Source: Octopus bimaculoides (taxonomy: Eukaryota). Taken from it: a stretch of 64,000 nucleotides of DNA. The notes beneath the pieces are model-generated. The model was not told the origin of the DNA, did not search any database, and worked only from the letters and a program-made list of their open reading frames with translations. A program made the translations under genes and the position numbers. Location of the stretch: assembly GCF_001194135.2 (NCBI RefSeq), contig NC_068986.1:80265850-80329849 (forward strand). The letters are read 5' to 3'. Below, piece after piece: positions 40,630 through 53,234 of this stretch (position 1 is its first letter; every line of letters begins with the position of its first letter).

Positions 40630-41525
40630 TGGTCGTTGTTTAATGTCTGCTTTCCATGATGGCAAGCTAGAAGGCTGCACCAGGCTCCAATCTGATCTGG
40701 CAAAGTTTCTACAGGTGGATGCTCTTCCTAACGCCAACCACTCTGAGAATGTAGTGGGTGCTTTGTCATGCTTCACCACCTCATCCCAGGTTTTCCTGGA
40801 TCTACCTCTTCCACAGGTTCCCTCTACTGCTAAGGTGTGACACTTTTTTGCACAGCTGTCCTCATCCATTCACAACACATGACCATACCAGCGCAGTCGT
40901 CTCTCTTGCACATCACATCTGATGTTTCTTCAGTCCAACTTTCCTCTCTGTTGTGCAAGTACACTGGCATTACACATCCAGCAGAGCATACTTGCTTCAT
41001 TCCTTGCAAGCTTACGCATGTCCACAGCAGTCACGGTCCATGCGTCAAACAATCTACCTTTTACTCTGAGTGAGAGGCCTTTTCTCTCTAGCAGAGGTAG
41101 GAGCTCTCTGAACTTTGCCCATACTATTCTTATTCTAGCAGCTACACTTTCAGAGCATCCAACCCCGCAACTGACTTGGTCACCTAGATAATGGAAGCTA
41201 TCAACTACTTGTAGTTTTTTCCCCTGGAATGTGATGGAAGCTGTTGTCTTCACATTTTCAGTGTTTATTGGTCCTGAGCATTTGTCACACACAAAAACTA
41301 TCTTTCCAGTTAGCCTTCCTTTGATATTGTTGCACTTCTTATGTGTCCATAGCTTACACTGGGTATATTTTATGGAGTTTCTACCTACGCCTTTTCTACA
41401 AATCAAGCAGGGCCATCTACCTGAATGGATTTGTGGCTTGTCTGCCTTCCTACTTATTAAGACTTTGGCTTTTGCTAGGTTGATTCTAAGGCCCTTCAAT
41501 TCTAGACCTTGCTTTCATACCTGAA
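40630..41525 (-). mobile_element. RTE-clade LINE 3' fragment (ORF2 C-terminus and tail)
   Basis: KGLRINLAKAKV...VVDSFHYLGD...ARIRIVWAKFRELLPLL...GRGRSRKTWDEVV; the 3' tail is shared with many other copies. Confidence 0.9.
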
Positions 41526-41700
41526 ACTGCTGTAGTTCTGTGGTTACAAAAGGTTTTACAAAGTTAAAACCTAAAAGTAAGGCAACACATCCCATGCTGT
41601 CACCATATCACTAAGAAACACATCCCATACGAATTTTTTAGAGATGCCAAGCAACTAATCAAAAAAAAAAAAAAAAAAAAAAAAAAGCAGCATTACTCAC

Positions 41701-41790
41701 CGATACATCTCGCACAAAATCATAGTAACGCCCATCCAGGAGACTAACACAATCCTGGAAGTCAGTCAGGTAGGCTTTTAATAACTTCAC
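41701..41790 (-). CDS. RRN3: RRN3 coding exon 3 (VKLLKAYLTDFQDCVSLLDGRYYDFVRDVS)
   Basis: ttctcag|...|gtgagt, 90 nt, phase 0/0; same length and position as the human DDQIINWLLEF...IIL exon. Confidence 0.85.
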
Positions 41791-41866
41791 CTGAGAAAAA
41801 GAAATGTAACAATACATTCAATGCATTCATTTTGATAGAATTTCTATTTACAAGGAAGCTTATTAA

Positions 41867-42023
41867 TCCTTTTAATACCAACCCACTCGGAACCACCCCT
41901 GGTTCTGTGATGTTCTGAATACCCGCTTAGTAAACATAAATTTATTTTAATATATTCTTCATTATATTTTTTAATTAACTGAAATAAAGAGTGTTATTCA
42001 AAAGAACTATGGTAATAAAAGGG
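41867..42023. mobile_element. piggyBac-type MITE (second family)
   Basis: TTAA|TCCTTTTAATACCA...TGGTAATAAAAGGG|TTAA; the TIR resembles that of the 27636 element. Confidence 0.7.
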
Positions 42024-42445
42024 TTAATGAACAGCTCAAGAAAAGTATGCTGATAATAAGAAATATTGTATCTTCACAAAATTATATAGATACACTTCTT
42101 CTGGTCAACTATTGTACTATTGTCAGTCAATATAGCATAATATTCACGAATATGAGAAGCTACTACTTACCTGATTAAGGGGTGAGGGTTGATAGATGAA
42201 AGCGAAAAAGGTTTTAAAACTACCAACATGATAAATAGCATACTTACAGGAAGCTATTCAAATTTTAACAAATTTTAAACTATTTTTTCAACAACTTTGA
42301 CTCTTTAAACATACAGAAAGCAACTTCCATAATTATACAATGAACCTCAATTCTAACTCAGTAATTCCCCAAAACAAACAGGATTTCATTGATAAAAAAA
42401 ATCAGGTATCTTAGTTTAGGTGGTCTTCTCTGGCTTATTGGTTAA

Positions 42446-42665
42446 CCTTTTAGCATTTTAACTAGCCACATCCAGTCTAAATATTCTACTTGATGTATGC
42501 TCAAATTGGCTAGATTCTGCTTCTCACAGCTACCCTACAATGTTATTCTAGAAATATACAATCACATCATTCAAATTTCTAAGCTATAAGATAATGCATG
42601 ATTAATTCAAAACAATATGAATACATAAGTATCACAATTAAAAAAGTAATCTGAATGCTAAAGGG
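42446..42665. mobile_element. piggyBac-type MITE
   Basis: TTAA|CCTTTTAGCATT...AATGCTAAAGGG|TTAA; alignable along its length with the 15556 copy. Confidence 0.8.
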
Positions 42666-42781
42666 TTAAACATAACATAAGAATTTAAAATGAAAATTTA
42701 AAAAAAAAATTGATAAATAATTTTAGCCATTCAAACAATTACATGTTACAATGATCTACAATTGTACAATCTCTTACTTAC

Positions 42782-42835
42782 ATCTTGATACTTTTTTAAC
42801 TGGGTCATAAGATCCAGGTAGAGGTCGTTTTTCCC
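42782..42835 (-). CDS. RRN3: RRN3 coding exon 2 (GKNDLYLDLMTQLKKYQD)
   Basis: tttcag|...|gtaagt, 54 nt, phase 0/0; matches human GETNDFELLKNQL. Confidence 0.85.
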
Positions 42836-43279
42836 CTGAAATAAAAAATATAGAAAAACAACTGAATGACAATATTCATCCTTATCAAACTATTTAGAAA
42901 ATAATGATAAAAATGTGAGCAAAAGAAAATCCAAACGAGAAACATTCCAAAGTTTAAATTGAATTTTGTTTTTTTTTTTTAAATCTTTCCATTTTAGCAG
43001 GAGCTGAACATTTTGGATATCTGAAAGAACTGTTGAAACAAATGTTTCACAAGAAGATGCTTTTTATAAAGACACTGTACACTGATAAGTAAGCAGACAC
43101 AAATAGAATAACATACCTATTCCAGAGTGCAAAGCGAAAGGGCTAAATTGTGATTTCTAAGACAGTATCTCTATAATTCATTACTGAATCACAAATTAAC
43201 ATCAAGTCTGCTCTGATCCACTGGAAGCATTTGAAGACAATTTGTGTGATCTGGTGACAGGTAATGCAATATCAACATA

Positions 43280-43740
43280 TCTTTGCGATTCAGAAATGAC
43301 GGCTCAGTCCATAAGAATGGCATCAGATCTCTTCTCCAAAGCTTAAGAAGTTCAAGAACCAGTGATCAGCAGAAGACATGATGACTGTTTTGGGGGATGA
43401 CAACGGTGTTAAGCTGCTTGATTCTCTGAAAGGTGGCTGTACTATGAAACACTTAAGAAGATTAGGGAAGCCATTAGAAAGGAGAGACCAAAGAATTTGA
43501 GAACACATGTTTGGCAACAAATTAGCAAACTGAACTGATCAGTGGTCCCCATTCAGTGTACAACCCAGATCTGGCACCCTCCAACTTCCATCTGTTCAAT
43601 CCAATGAAATTTTCAAGGACAATGATTCGATGACAAAGGATAGTGAAAGCAGCTGTGAAGTAGATGCAAAAGGATTAAAGAGGTGAATTCAAAAGATGAT
43701 ACAGGTGATGTCGCTTGTGATGGAGACTATGTTAAATCTT
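43280..43740 (+). mobile_element. Decayed mariner transposase C-terminal remnant
   Basis: Translates to HSVYNPDLAPSNFHLFNPMK (YSPDLAP-type motif) and DGDYV near the end. Confidence 0.6.
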
Positions 43741-44627
43741 ACTGTTGCATAGAAGAGTTACTGTATCAACACTTGCAATTTGAATAACTTGTCAGTTAAT
43801 AAGAGTTATGGCCATTTTTGCATGACTTTCAGTACAACCTTCATGATTCACTCCAGCTCCAAAACAGCTAACTGGAAAACAGAAATCATTCCCCGAGGCC
43901 CGACTCATTGCCTCCACCACACAACTAGACTCTGTAGCCATAAAATCCCAAGTGATTCACTTGCAAATGTACTGTAACAATAAAAGTAAAGAAAGAATAC
44001 AAGCTACAACATGAGATAAGTACTACTCCTATTGAAAAAGCCACCATAATTGCTACCCACTATAATCTCTCTCCATCAATAGGAGTCTATCCTAATCTTT
44101 AGAAACATAATCCCAAGAAGAGCAACCTCTAAGATTTTGCTATTTACAATCCCTCACTCTTGCTTCTAACATCAGAAAGGTAATAGAAACAGTTATTAGC
44201 AATCACCCCTATCTCTTTTTAACCTCTGTTACAGAGAGAGGGAAAAAAAAAAAAATCAGTGTTAACAGCTACAATTAACATTTCTGACAAATGAACGTCA
44301 ATTTATTGGGAGTTAATATGGTCAGAATTCATTACTTTAGGTTAATGGCTTAAAATTAGGGGTAAATAGCAGGAAGAGAAAATAAGAGCTAACTAATCAT
44401 AAAACAACAGCTAGCAGCAATTGTTAGTGTAGGAGATTCATTCAACTGACTAATAACTCTTCCCTTCCGAAAGGTGCATGCTCGTGTGGTTCTGGGATCA
44501 AGCCCACTGTACTGTACTTTGAGCAAGCGCTTTCTATTATAGTCTCAGGTTTACCAATACACTGTTTATACAATTCTGGAAAAATCTATGCAAAAGTTCA
44601 CTCCATGTGAGTGTGTATTTATGTTGT

Positions 44628-45720
44628 CATCATCATCATCATTGTTTAACGTCCGTTTTCCATGCTGGCATGGGATGCACGGTTTGACTGCAGTCTGGAG
44701 AGCCAGCAGCTGCACCAGGCTCCAATCTGACCAGGCAATGTTTCTACAGCTGGATGCTCTTTGTAACACCAACCACTCCGAGAGTGTAGTGGGTGCTTTT
44801 TATGTACCACCAGCACAGGAGCCAGTCAGGCGGACTTGGCAACGATCACGTTCAGGTGGTGCTTTTTTACGTGCCACCGGCCCAGGAGCCAGTCAAGGGG
44901 TACTGGCATCAGTCACAATCGGTTGGTGCTTTTTACGTGTCACCAGCACAAGAGCCAGTCAGGCAGACTTGGTATTGACCACATTCAGATGGTGCTTTTT
45001 ACGTGCCACTGGCATGGGAGATAGACTCAGGGTACTGGCATCAGGCCACATTCAGTTGGTGCTTTTTACGTGCCACCGGCAGGGGAGCCAGTCAGGCAGA
45101 TCAGGCATCGACCACATTCGAATGGTACTTTTTACGTGCCACTGGCACGGGAGCCAGTCAGGGTCTTCTCAATCACAGCATATTTCCAAAGGTCTCGGTC
45201 TCCTGTCATTGCCTCTGTGAGGCCCAATATTCGAAGGTCATGCTTCACCACCTCATCCCATGTCTTCCTGGGTCTACCTCTTCCACAGGTTTCTTCTACA
45301 GTTAGGGAGTGACACTTCACACAGCTGTTTCCATTCATACATAACACATGGCCAAACCAGTGCAGTCGCCTCTCTTGCACACCAAATTTGAGGCTTCTTA
45401 TACCCAATTTTTTTCTCAGGGTGCTTACATTCTGTTGTGTATGCATACTGACATTACACATCCAGCAGATCATACTAGCTTCATTTCTTTCAAGCCTACG
45501 CATGTCCTCAGCATTCATGGCCCATGTTTCACTGCTGTGTAGCATGGCAGTTCACACACATGCATCATACAGTCTACCTTTCACCCTGAGCAAGAGGCCC
45601 TTAGTTGCCAGCAGAAGTAGGAGATACCAGAACTTTTCCCAGGGTATAATTACTATAGTCGCTACACCCTCAGAGCAACCACCCCCACTACAAACTTGGT
45701 CGCCTAGGAAGCAGAAGCTA
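44628..45720 (-). mobile_element. RTE-clade LINE 3' fragment with a 3' UTR tandem repeat and (GAT)n tail
   Basis: MLHSSETWAM...ERRLHWFGHV...GRGRPRKTWDEVVKHDL; ends in (CAT)n on the plus strand. Confidence 0.9.
44790..45165. repeat. ~66-bp tandem repeat, ~6 units, alternating A/B types, in the RTE 3' UTR
   Basis: GGTGCTTTTTACGTGCCAC recurs at ~44792, 44858, 44925, 44991, 45058 and 45124. Confidence 0.85.
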
Positions 45721-46968
45721 TTAACTAGTTCTAGTTTTTTTTCCCCCCTAGCATGCGATGGAATGTTTAAATCCTATAACTTAGTGGTTCAACAAATACA
45801 GAAGTTAGGACCTGAAATATGTAGGGGTGAGGGGTCTATATGCACAAGGCACTAAACCCCTGAAGCAGTATCTTGGCATAGGTGCAGTTTCATGACTGAA
45901 ACCAGTGGCAGAGTTAATGTTAATTCAAAAGGCCAGAGGATTTGTAGAATTGGTATAGTGCCAGACAAAATGCCTTGTAGCATTTAGTTGCATACCTTTA
46001 CATTCTGAGTTCAAATTTCACTAAAGTCAACTTTGCTTTTCCTTCTTCCTCGGTTGGTAAAATAAAATACTAGTCCAGTAGTGGGTCAATATAATTGACT
46101 GTCCCTTCCTTCCAACTAACAACATTTGTGACTTTTGTGCCTTTGTAAGAAATTCATATCATTGACAGCAATATCAGTAAAGAAATAGTCAAAATACCCA
46201 GCTGTATTTAGTACATCTCTTTTTGGTTGTAAGTTCAAATCCTACTAAGGCAACTTTGCCTTTCATCCTTCACAAATAAATACCTGTCACGTACTATAAG
46301 TAGATTATATCAAATACACTCATATCCAAAATTTATGGTCTTGTGGTAAAGTAAATAACAGAAATCATTATCATTACTATTAAATGAAGTGGCACAGGTA
46401 TGGCTAAGTAATTAAGAAATTCACTTTGTAACTATGTAGTTTCAGGTTCAATCCCACTGCATGGCATTGTAGGCAAGTGTCTTCAACCAAAGCTACAAGT
46501 GGACCAACACCTTATAGATGAAAGTTAGACAGAAAAAGCTGTCAAAACACCTTTCTTGTTCTTTAGATACTGGACAATCCATCACTCAAGCCATGGGAGC
46601 CTTTAGGAGTTCACTTTATTGCAAAATTTTGAGTTAGATCTCTGGTCTTTGGATAACATCCTCCAACCAATCAAAAAACACATGGACACTGTCCTTCTTC
46701 TTTTGATGAAACCATTAAAAAATTGAAAATACAACTCATATGCATGCCCTATCAAGAAAATTTCTCAGTAAACAACATAGACAGCTTCACTTATGGTATT
46801 AACTCTTCAGGAAAGCAAAAATGCTATCATATGTTCTATTAACTCTATATTATTATAACTAGTAGATTAGCGAAATTTACAGACTAATCATAAAATAAAT
46901 GTAATATCATTGCTCCCAGTTATTCCAAGCAAAAGCCTTAATTAAAAAGTGAAATTAAAAAGAAAAAC

Positions 46969-47052
46969 CTTTTTGTGTTCTTTCAATGCCACAGCAACAT
47001 CAAACTTTTTCTGAATATAGGGTTTCTTCTTAACAGTTTTCTTACTCATCAT
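46969..47052 (-). CDS. RRN3: RRN3/TIF-IA coding exon 1 (start codon; MMSKKTVKKKPYIQKKFDVAVALKEHKK)
   Basis: ATG at 47052 has in-frame TGA TAA just upstream. Acceptor ttgcag| at 47073 and donor AAG|gttttt. Aligns by eye with human RKTVRF...VLLKYKK|G at the same intron position. Confidence 0.8.
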
Positions 47053-47157
47053 TGAAGTTTATCAAGAAAAACCTGCAATTTGAAATAAAAACTAGTTTAT
47101 TATTACTGAATCTCATGAATATTTTTTTGTTACTATAATGCATAAGGATGAGGACAG

Positions 47158-47728
47158 CTGCATAAAGAAGTACTGAGCTCTAATTGTGGAGGATACCTGT
47201 ACAAGGGGTAGACATAGGATGATGTGGTGCACTGAGGAAAAGACAAGGGACCAGGTGATGTGATGATTCGCTGTACTTGATAAGACATGTTAAGCTAAGT
47301 AAAATCAGTCTTCCACACATACAGGATTGTCCTTTCAGGTGCCGGTGCCACATAAAAAGCACTTGTGCTGATGCTGCATAATCACACCCAGCACACTGTT
47401 TAGTGGTTGGCATCAGGAAAGGCATCCATCTGTAGAAATCCTGCCACAACAGACAGTTGGAGTCTGGACAGCTCCCTGCTAGCCAGCTCATGTCAAGTTG
47501 TCCAACCCATGCCAGCATGGAAAGCCAACACGAAATGGTGATGAAGCTATTAAAACATGCTATTTCATGCGCCAGTTACACATAAAAACACTCAGTATGC
47601 ACTGTAAAGTGGTTGGCATTAGGAAGGGTATCCAGATGTAGAAACCAAGCCAAAATCAGACTGGAACCTAGTGCAGCTCTCCGGCTTACCAATGCCAGCA
47701 TGGAAAATGGATGTTAAATGATGATGAT
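47158..47728 (+). mobile_element. RTE 3' tail fragments (two consecutive tails)
   Basis: ACCCATGCCAGCATGGAAA...GTTAAATGATGATGAT tail motif occurs twice. Confidence 0.75.
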
Positions 47729-49565
47729 TAAAGCATGAAATACTTAAGATATTCAACTAAAAGCATTTTTCCTGAATATGCACTATAGAAACTGGGGTCC
47801 ATCTAAATATCCCTATGTATCTTTTACACCATCAAATATGCTAATTAGATTAAAACATTATTACCATCATCATCATTGTCCACCTTCCACACTGGCATGG
47901 GTTGGATAGTTTGGCTAGGTAGAAGCCTGCACCATACATCAGTGTCTGTTTTGGCATGGTTTTTTAAGGCTGGATGTCCTTCCTAACACTAACCATTCGG
48001 CAGACTGGGCCAGTGCTTTTTACATGGCACCAGCACAAGCAAGGTCAGTTTTGACATGGTTTTTACAGCTGAATGCCCTTCCAAATGCCAGTCACTTTAC
48101 TGTGTAGACTGGATGCTTTTTAAGTGGCACCTGCACTGGCAGGGTCACCAAGTAACTTTGCAAGACAAGGAATCTTTGAGAGGGGAGGAGGAATTGGAGG
48201 ANNNNNNNNNNACTGGCAGGGTCACCAAGTAACTTTGCAAGACAAGGAATCTTTGAGAGGGGAGGAGGAATTGGAGGAGGTGGTCTTGTGCTAAGTGATG
48301 AAAAGTTAGAGTGTGACAGAGAGACAGCAACAGATATCTTGCTGTAGAGGAAGTACGTGGCTACCCAGAGAGAGTAGAAATAAAGGATCCTAGTTTGAGC
48401 TAAGCCTGGCACTATGTACAGACAAGAATAGATAAGGGAACAAATGTTAGGCTAGCAGTTGAATTTTTTTTTTTTTACCTTCTTCTAAACCTTGTTAAAA
48501 TAATGATGTTAATATACATGTATGAAACAAACAATATCAAGAAAGATAGACTTGTCAGAAACAACCTGACAAACATATGAAAATTCATAAAACTGAACCA
48601 ATGGCAAAAACCACTATACGGTCATTCCATCTGCTAGAAATAGTGAGTTATGTGGCTTGGAGTACGACACTAAATTTGTGATATCTACCAAACCTAATTG
48701 TCACGTTAGTAAAAACAATATCACAAAGCTTAGCAATGTGTAACAAGTGCAGCTATTCATAGTGAAGCGAGCCTAGTAATTCATGTCAAAGTATATACAT
48801 GGTTACCCAAAGAGAGAGTAGAAATAAAGGATCTAGTTTGAGCTAGGTCTGGTACTATGGACAGACAAGAATAGATACCTTGATAACACAGCGAACAAAC
48901 GTTAGGCTAGTCGTTGGGATTTTTTTTTTCTTATCTTCTTTTTCACTTTCCTCTTCTAAACATTAAGATAATGATGTTAATAATATACATGTAAGAAACA
49001 AACAATATCAAGAAAGAGAGACTTGTCAGAAACAACCACGACAAATTTGAAAACATCCAAGTTAACACAAATGCTGAAGCTATGAGGAAGGCATTCATAT
49101 CAATCAACATGGAAGAAAAAAGAGCATGCTCGGCTTTCTGCATTCATATTCAGTCAACAGTAACTGTTGATGTGGAGATATTGGACATCATCTCAACACA
49201 AACTCGAGTAAGCTGTCCAAAGTTAATTCATTCATAACTCATTAAGAACTGTTCGTTCTTGTATTTAAACAGTAAATAGAGAATTTGTTGATGGGCACAC
49301 ATCAAGGGGCTATAACATGGGGCAGAGACAGCAAGAACTCTACTCGATTCATACAGGAAAGATTTGTGTAGTGACCTGCATTTCACGATATCTTATAACT
49401 ATTATAAGATATCAGTCTTCATTATCCATGTAATTAATATGTGAATACATAAAGAATTGGAATCCTAATTACTACTTTTGGGTAGTTGGCTGCGTCTCAT
49501 GTTTCCGAGCTTGCAATCCAGTTCATTTTCTTGGGTGTTTGAACAGCAGATGGTACCGCAATCCG

Positions 49566-49814
49566 GTACTACTGAAGCAGCGTGGTTCCGAACGCGCAGT
49601 CGCGCGTCCGAGGTAGCTAGTCGCGAGTGGTCGATCCAACAAAAAGTGTGCGTGTGCGCGCGTGCAAATGAATACGTGTTTAGGGTTAGGGTTAGGATTG
49701 ACCACTCACGACTAGCTAGCGCGGACGCGCGACCGCGCGTTCGGGACCACGCTGCTTTAGTAGGTACTACTAAAGCAGAGTGGTCCCGAACGCGCAGTCG
49801 CGCGTCCGAGGTAG
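49566..49814. repeat. CpG-rich ~72-bp unit in alternating orientation (foldback array) with a TTAGGG spacer
   Basis: Forward unit 49566-49637, reverse unit 49695-49767, then a forward unit running into the N gap. Confidence 0.8.
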
Positions 49815-52529
49815 NNNNNNNNNNNNNNNNNNNNNNNNNNNNNNNNNNNNNNNNNNNNNNNNNNNNNNNNNNNNNNNNNNNNNNNNNNNNNNNNNNNNNN
49901 NNNNNNNNNNNNNNNNNNNNNNNNNNNNNNNNNNNNNNNNNNNNNNNNNNNNNNNNNNNNNNNNNNNNNNNNNNNNNNNNNNNNNNNNNNNNNNNNNNNN
50001 NNNNNNNNNNNNNNNNNNNNNNNNNNNNNNNNNNNNNNNNNNNNNNNNNNNNNNNNNNNNNNNNNNNNNNNNNNNNNNNNNNNNNNNNNNNNNNNNNNNN
50101 NNNNNNNNNNNNNNNNNNNNNNNNNNNNNNNNNNNNNNNNNNNNNNNNNNNNNNNNNNNNNNNNNNNNNNNNNNNNNNNNNNNNNNNNNNNNNNNNNNNN
50201 NNNNNNNNNNNNNNNNNNNNNNNNNNNNNNNNNNNNNNNNNNNNNNNNNNNNNNNNNNNNNNNNNNNNNNNNNNNNNNNNNNNNNNNNNNNNNNNNNNNN
50301 NNNNNNNNNNNNNNNNNNNNNNNNNNNNNNNNNNNNNNNNNNNNNNNNNNNNNNNNNNNNNNNNNNNNNNNNNNNNNNNNNNNNNNNNNNNNNNNNNNNN
50401 NNNNNNNNNNNNNNNNNNNNNNNNNNNNNNNNNNNNNNNNNNNNNNNNNNNNNNNNNNNNNNNNNNNNNNNNNNNNNNNNNNNNNNNNNNNNNNNNNNNN
50501 NNNNNNNNNNNNNNNNNNNNNNNNNNNNNNNNNNNNNNNNNNNNNNNNNNNNNNNNNNNNNNNNNNNNNNNNNNNNNNNNNNNNNNNNNNNNNNNNNNNN
50601 NNNNNNNNNNNNNNNNNNNNNNNNNNNNNNNNNNNNNNNNNNNNNNNNNNNNNNNNNNNNNNNNNNNNNNNNNNNNNNNNNNNNNNNNNNNNNNNNNNNN
50701 NNNNNNNNNNNNNNNNNNNNACATTTGTTTACACAGGTTGCACTATTTTTTTCTGATTTTCGTTTCCGGTTCAAGTTGTAAACATTAACAAAAATGGCTT
50801 TACTATAAGTGAAAAAAAAAAAGAAGTAAATTTAAGACGAAACAATAAATTTAAGTCAGTCATTTATTGACGAAAACAACTCTCATAGTATCGTGGCATT
50901 AAATGTATGTTTTCCTGCGACTTCTTTACCCAAGATTCTAACACCCAAAGCAATTAATTGTAATCATATTATTAAACGCCGATAAATTATCATGTGTTCA
51001 TTAGAAACGTAAATTAATGCTTAACATTATATATATGTGTGTGTGTACCGATATCATAAGACTGCATGCAGTAAAATCACTGTAGTGAACCAGAATCTGT
51101 TTCATTGCAAATGTTCAAGCTGTTCATCGCCTGCACTAATTTCACTCATCTAAAGGGTCTGCAAAGGACCTCCTCTGATAAATTCATAAATAAACTAACA
51201 AGGGAAATTAGCAGCCCCAAAAAAAACGCCTTTAAATGAGACCCCAAATGTCTTCCAATAAGAACAGAGCTACCTTGTCACAGTTATACAAAAAGGCGAG
51301 ATAGTCACGGCTGGAGAGCATTTTGTCACAGATATGCTATATAAGTGATAACCTGAAGGCTAAACAACAACTTTTAAGAAATATTTGTAAAAGAATATGC
51401 ATACATAGAAAATGTAGTGAGGAAAGATAATTCCAGCTACATACATTTCGACCACGTGTTACAATGTTTAAATAAAATATGGCATAAGCAAATAAGGAAA
51501 AAAAGCAAGCATTTTTGCAAGTACAACTGGAGTTTTAGGGGTGAAAATTTATCATTTTTAAAAATACAAAAATTACCAAAACAGCAAATTAGTGTAAAAT
51601 TTTTCGACAAGCCAGCCTTTTATATTTTGACGAAAATCATTTCAGGCCGAAATATGTTCCCAATGTTTAAGCAATTAATGATCTCTATTTAGAAATAGTT
51701 AATGGCTTATAAAATAGAATAGGTTCCTTATAAGTTTATGTGTTAGTTTTTATTCTCAAAATGTAACAAAAATAACTACTTACTTCAAAATTTCAAGAAT
51801 ATGCAGATATTATACCATGTGCAACAATTTTCAGAAAGAACGTTGAGTGAGAGAGGTTTGTCAAATTTATATACGCAGTTTCGTATTTTCAAATGCAAAG
51901 TCAGCTTACATTTATCGGTATTATTAATTTTTATTATCCTGAGTGTTTCAATTATAAGATTAAGTATCAATATACATTATTTTAATATTATTGTTATTAT
52001 TAAAGCGAAAAGCAGGCAGAACTGTTAATGCGTCGCGGTGTTTCTTCTGACTATTTATGATCTGAGTTCAAATTCCACCGAGGTCGACTTTGCCTTTCAT
52101 CCTTCGATACTGGAGTAGATGTAATCGACTATCCTATTTCCCTAATATTTTATGCCTTGTGCCTATAGCAGAAATGGTCGTTGCCGTGGTGGTGGTGGTG
52201 GGAAGAAATGGAAATTTGGAGCTCCGTAAGCCTGTTCAGTCAATTATTTTGTAATAACTATTTTGCTGACACTGTGTAGAGTGTAACTCAGTGATATTTA
52301 TTTTACATTTATGTGAAAACAAAGATTTTGCATATTTTTCCACTTTATAAAAAATGTCGGGATACGTCAAAATAATAATAATTGACGGTGAACAGCGTTC
52401 TGTCGACCCACTTTTAATTCCAAATGTAACCATGGCCGGAGTTAAAATAAATAATCTACACAAAGCAATGGAATTTAGTCTTGTTGCTATGACGACAGCA
52501 AAACCTGCAAAGATACAAGTAACAGCAAA

Positions 52530-53234
52530 GGGATCTATTTTAAAACGGGGGCCACAGTTTTCATTAATGTTTTACGTAGTGTTTTTAGTACCGAAAGACT
52601 TTCAAACTTCGTATACTTATCTATTTTGTGTTATAGAACAGAAAAATATTTTTGTATTCGAATTTATTTCATGTAAAAAATTGTCTTATTTCGATAATTT
52701 CAACCAATCACTGACAAGTATTCGGTTGTTTATATTTACTCCTTTGGCTGATTAAGCGGTGTAAAGTGTATTTAATATTTGCTTTTTCATTTTAAATTTG
52801 CTTTTTTCATTTTCTTTTTTTTTTCTTCGTTTTATTTGCCTTTTTGTTTTTAAATTTGCTGTTTTACCCTAACCCTAACCCTAGGGTTAGGGTTAGGGTT
52901 AGGGTTAGCCTATAATAGAAAGGTTTATTAGCTACTGCCAATATGCTTCAGCCATTTTTTGACAAGGAAATAATAATTTTATCACCGATAGAATTGTTTC
53001 AGAATCGTTTGTTTATGTAGTCGGCACTTAATGTATATCGGCTGAATGGACGTCAGTGATTGGTTGAAATTACAGAAATACGACAACTTTAACATGGAAT
53101 AACTTAGGGATTTCTTTTTTATTTTAAGAAGACTAAGAGAAAAAGATGTTTTATATGACACATTCTACCAGTGTTCCAAGTTTCAAAGTGTTTCGTTAAG
53201 AAAATACTGTGGTCCCCGTTTTAAAATAGATCCC
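52530..53234. mobile_element. 705-bp non-autonomous TIR element with a 6-bp TSD and a central telomeric palindrome
   Basis: 28-bp TIR GGGATCTATTTTAAAACGGGG(G/A)CCACAG with 1 mismatch; AGCAAA duplicated at 52524-29 and 53235-40. Confidence 0.88.
52866..52908. repeat. Interstitial telomeric repeats, (CCCTAA)n abutting (TTAGGG)n
   Basis: taccctaaccctaaccctagggttagggttagggttagggttag. Confidence 0.9.

Noticed and set aside
44790-45165. Repeat-spacer appearance resembling a CRISPR array
   Set aside because: Eukaryotic context, the 'spacers' are homologous to one another, there are no cas genes, and it lies in a LINE 3' UTR.
52866-52908. Ancient telomere-telomere chromosome fusion site
   Set aside because: Wrong orientation for a fusion scar, very short, and sits at the centre of a TIR element with a TSD.
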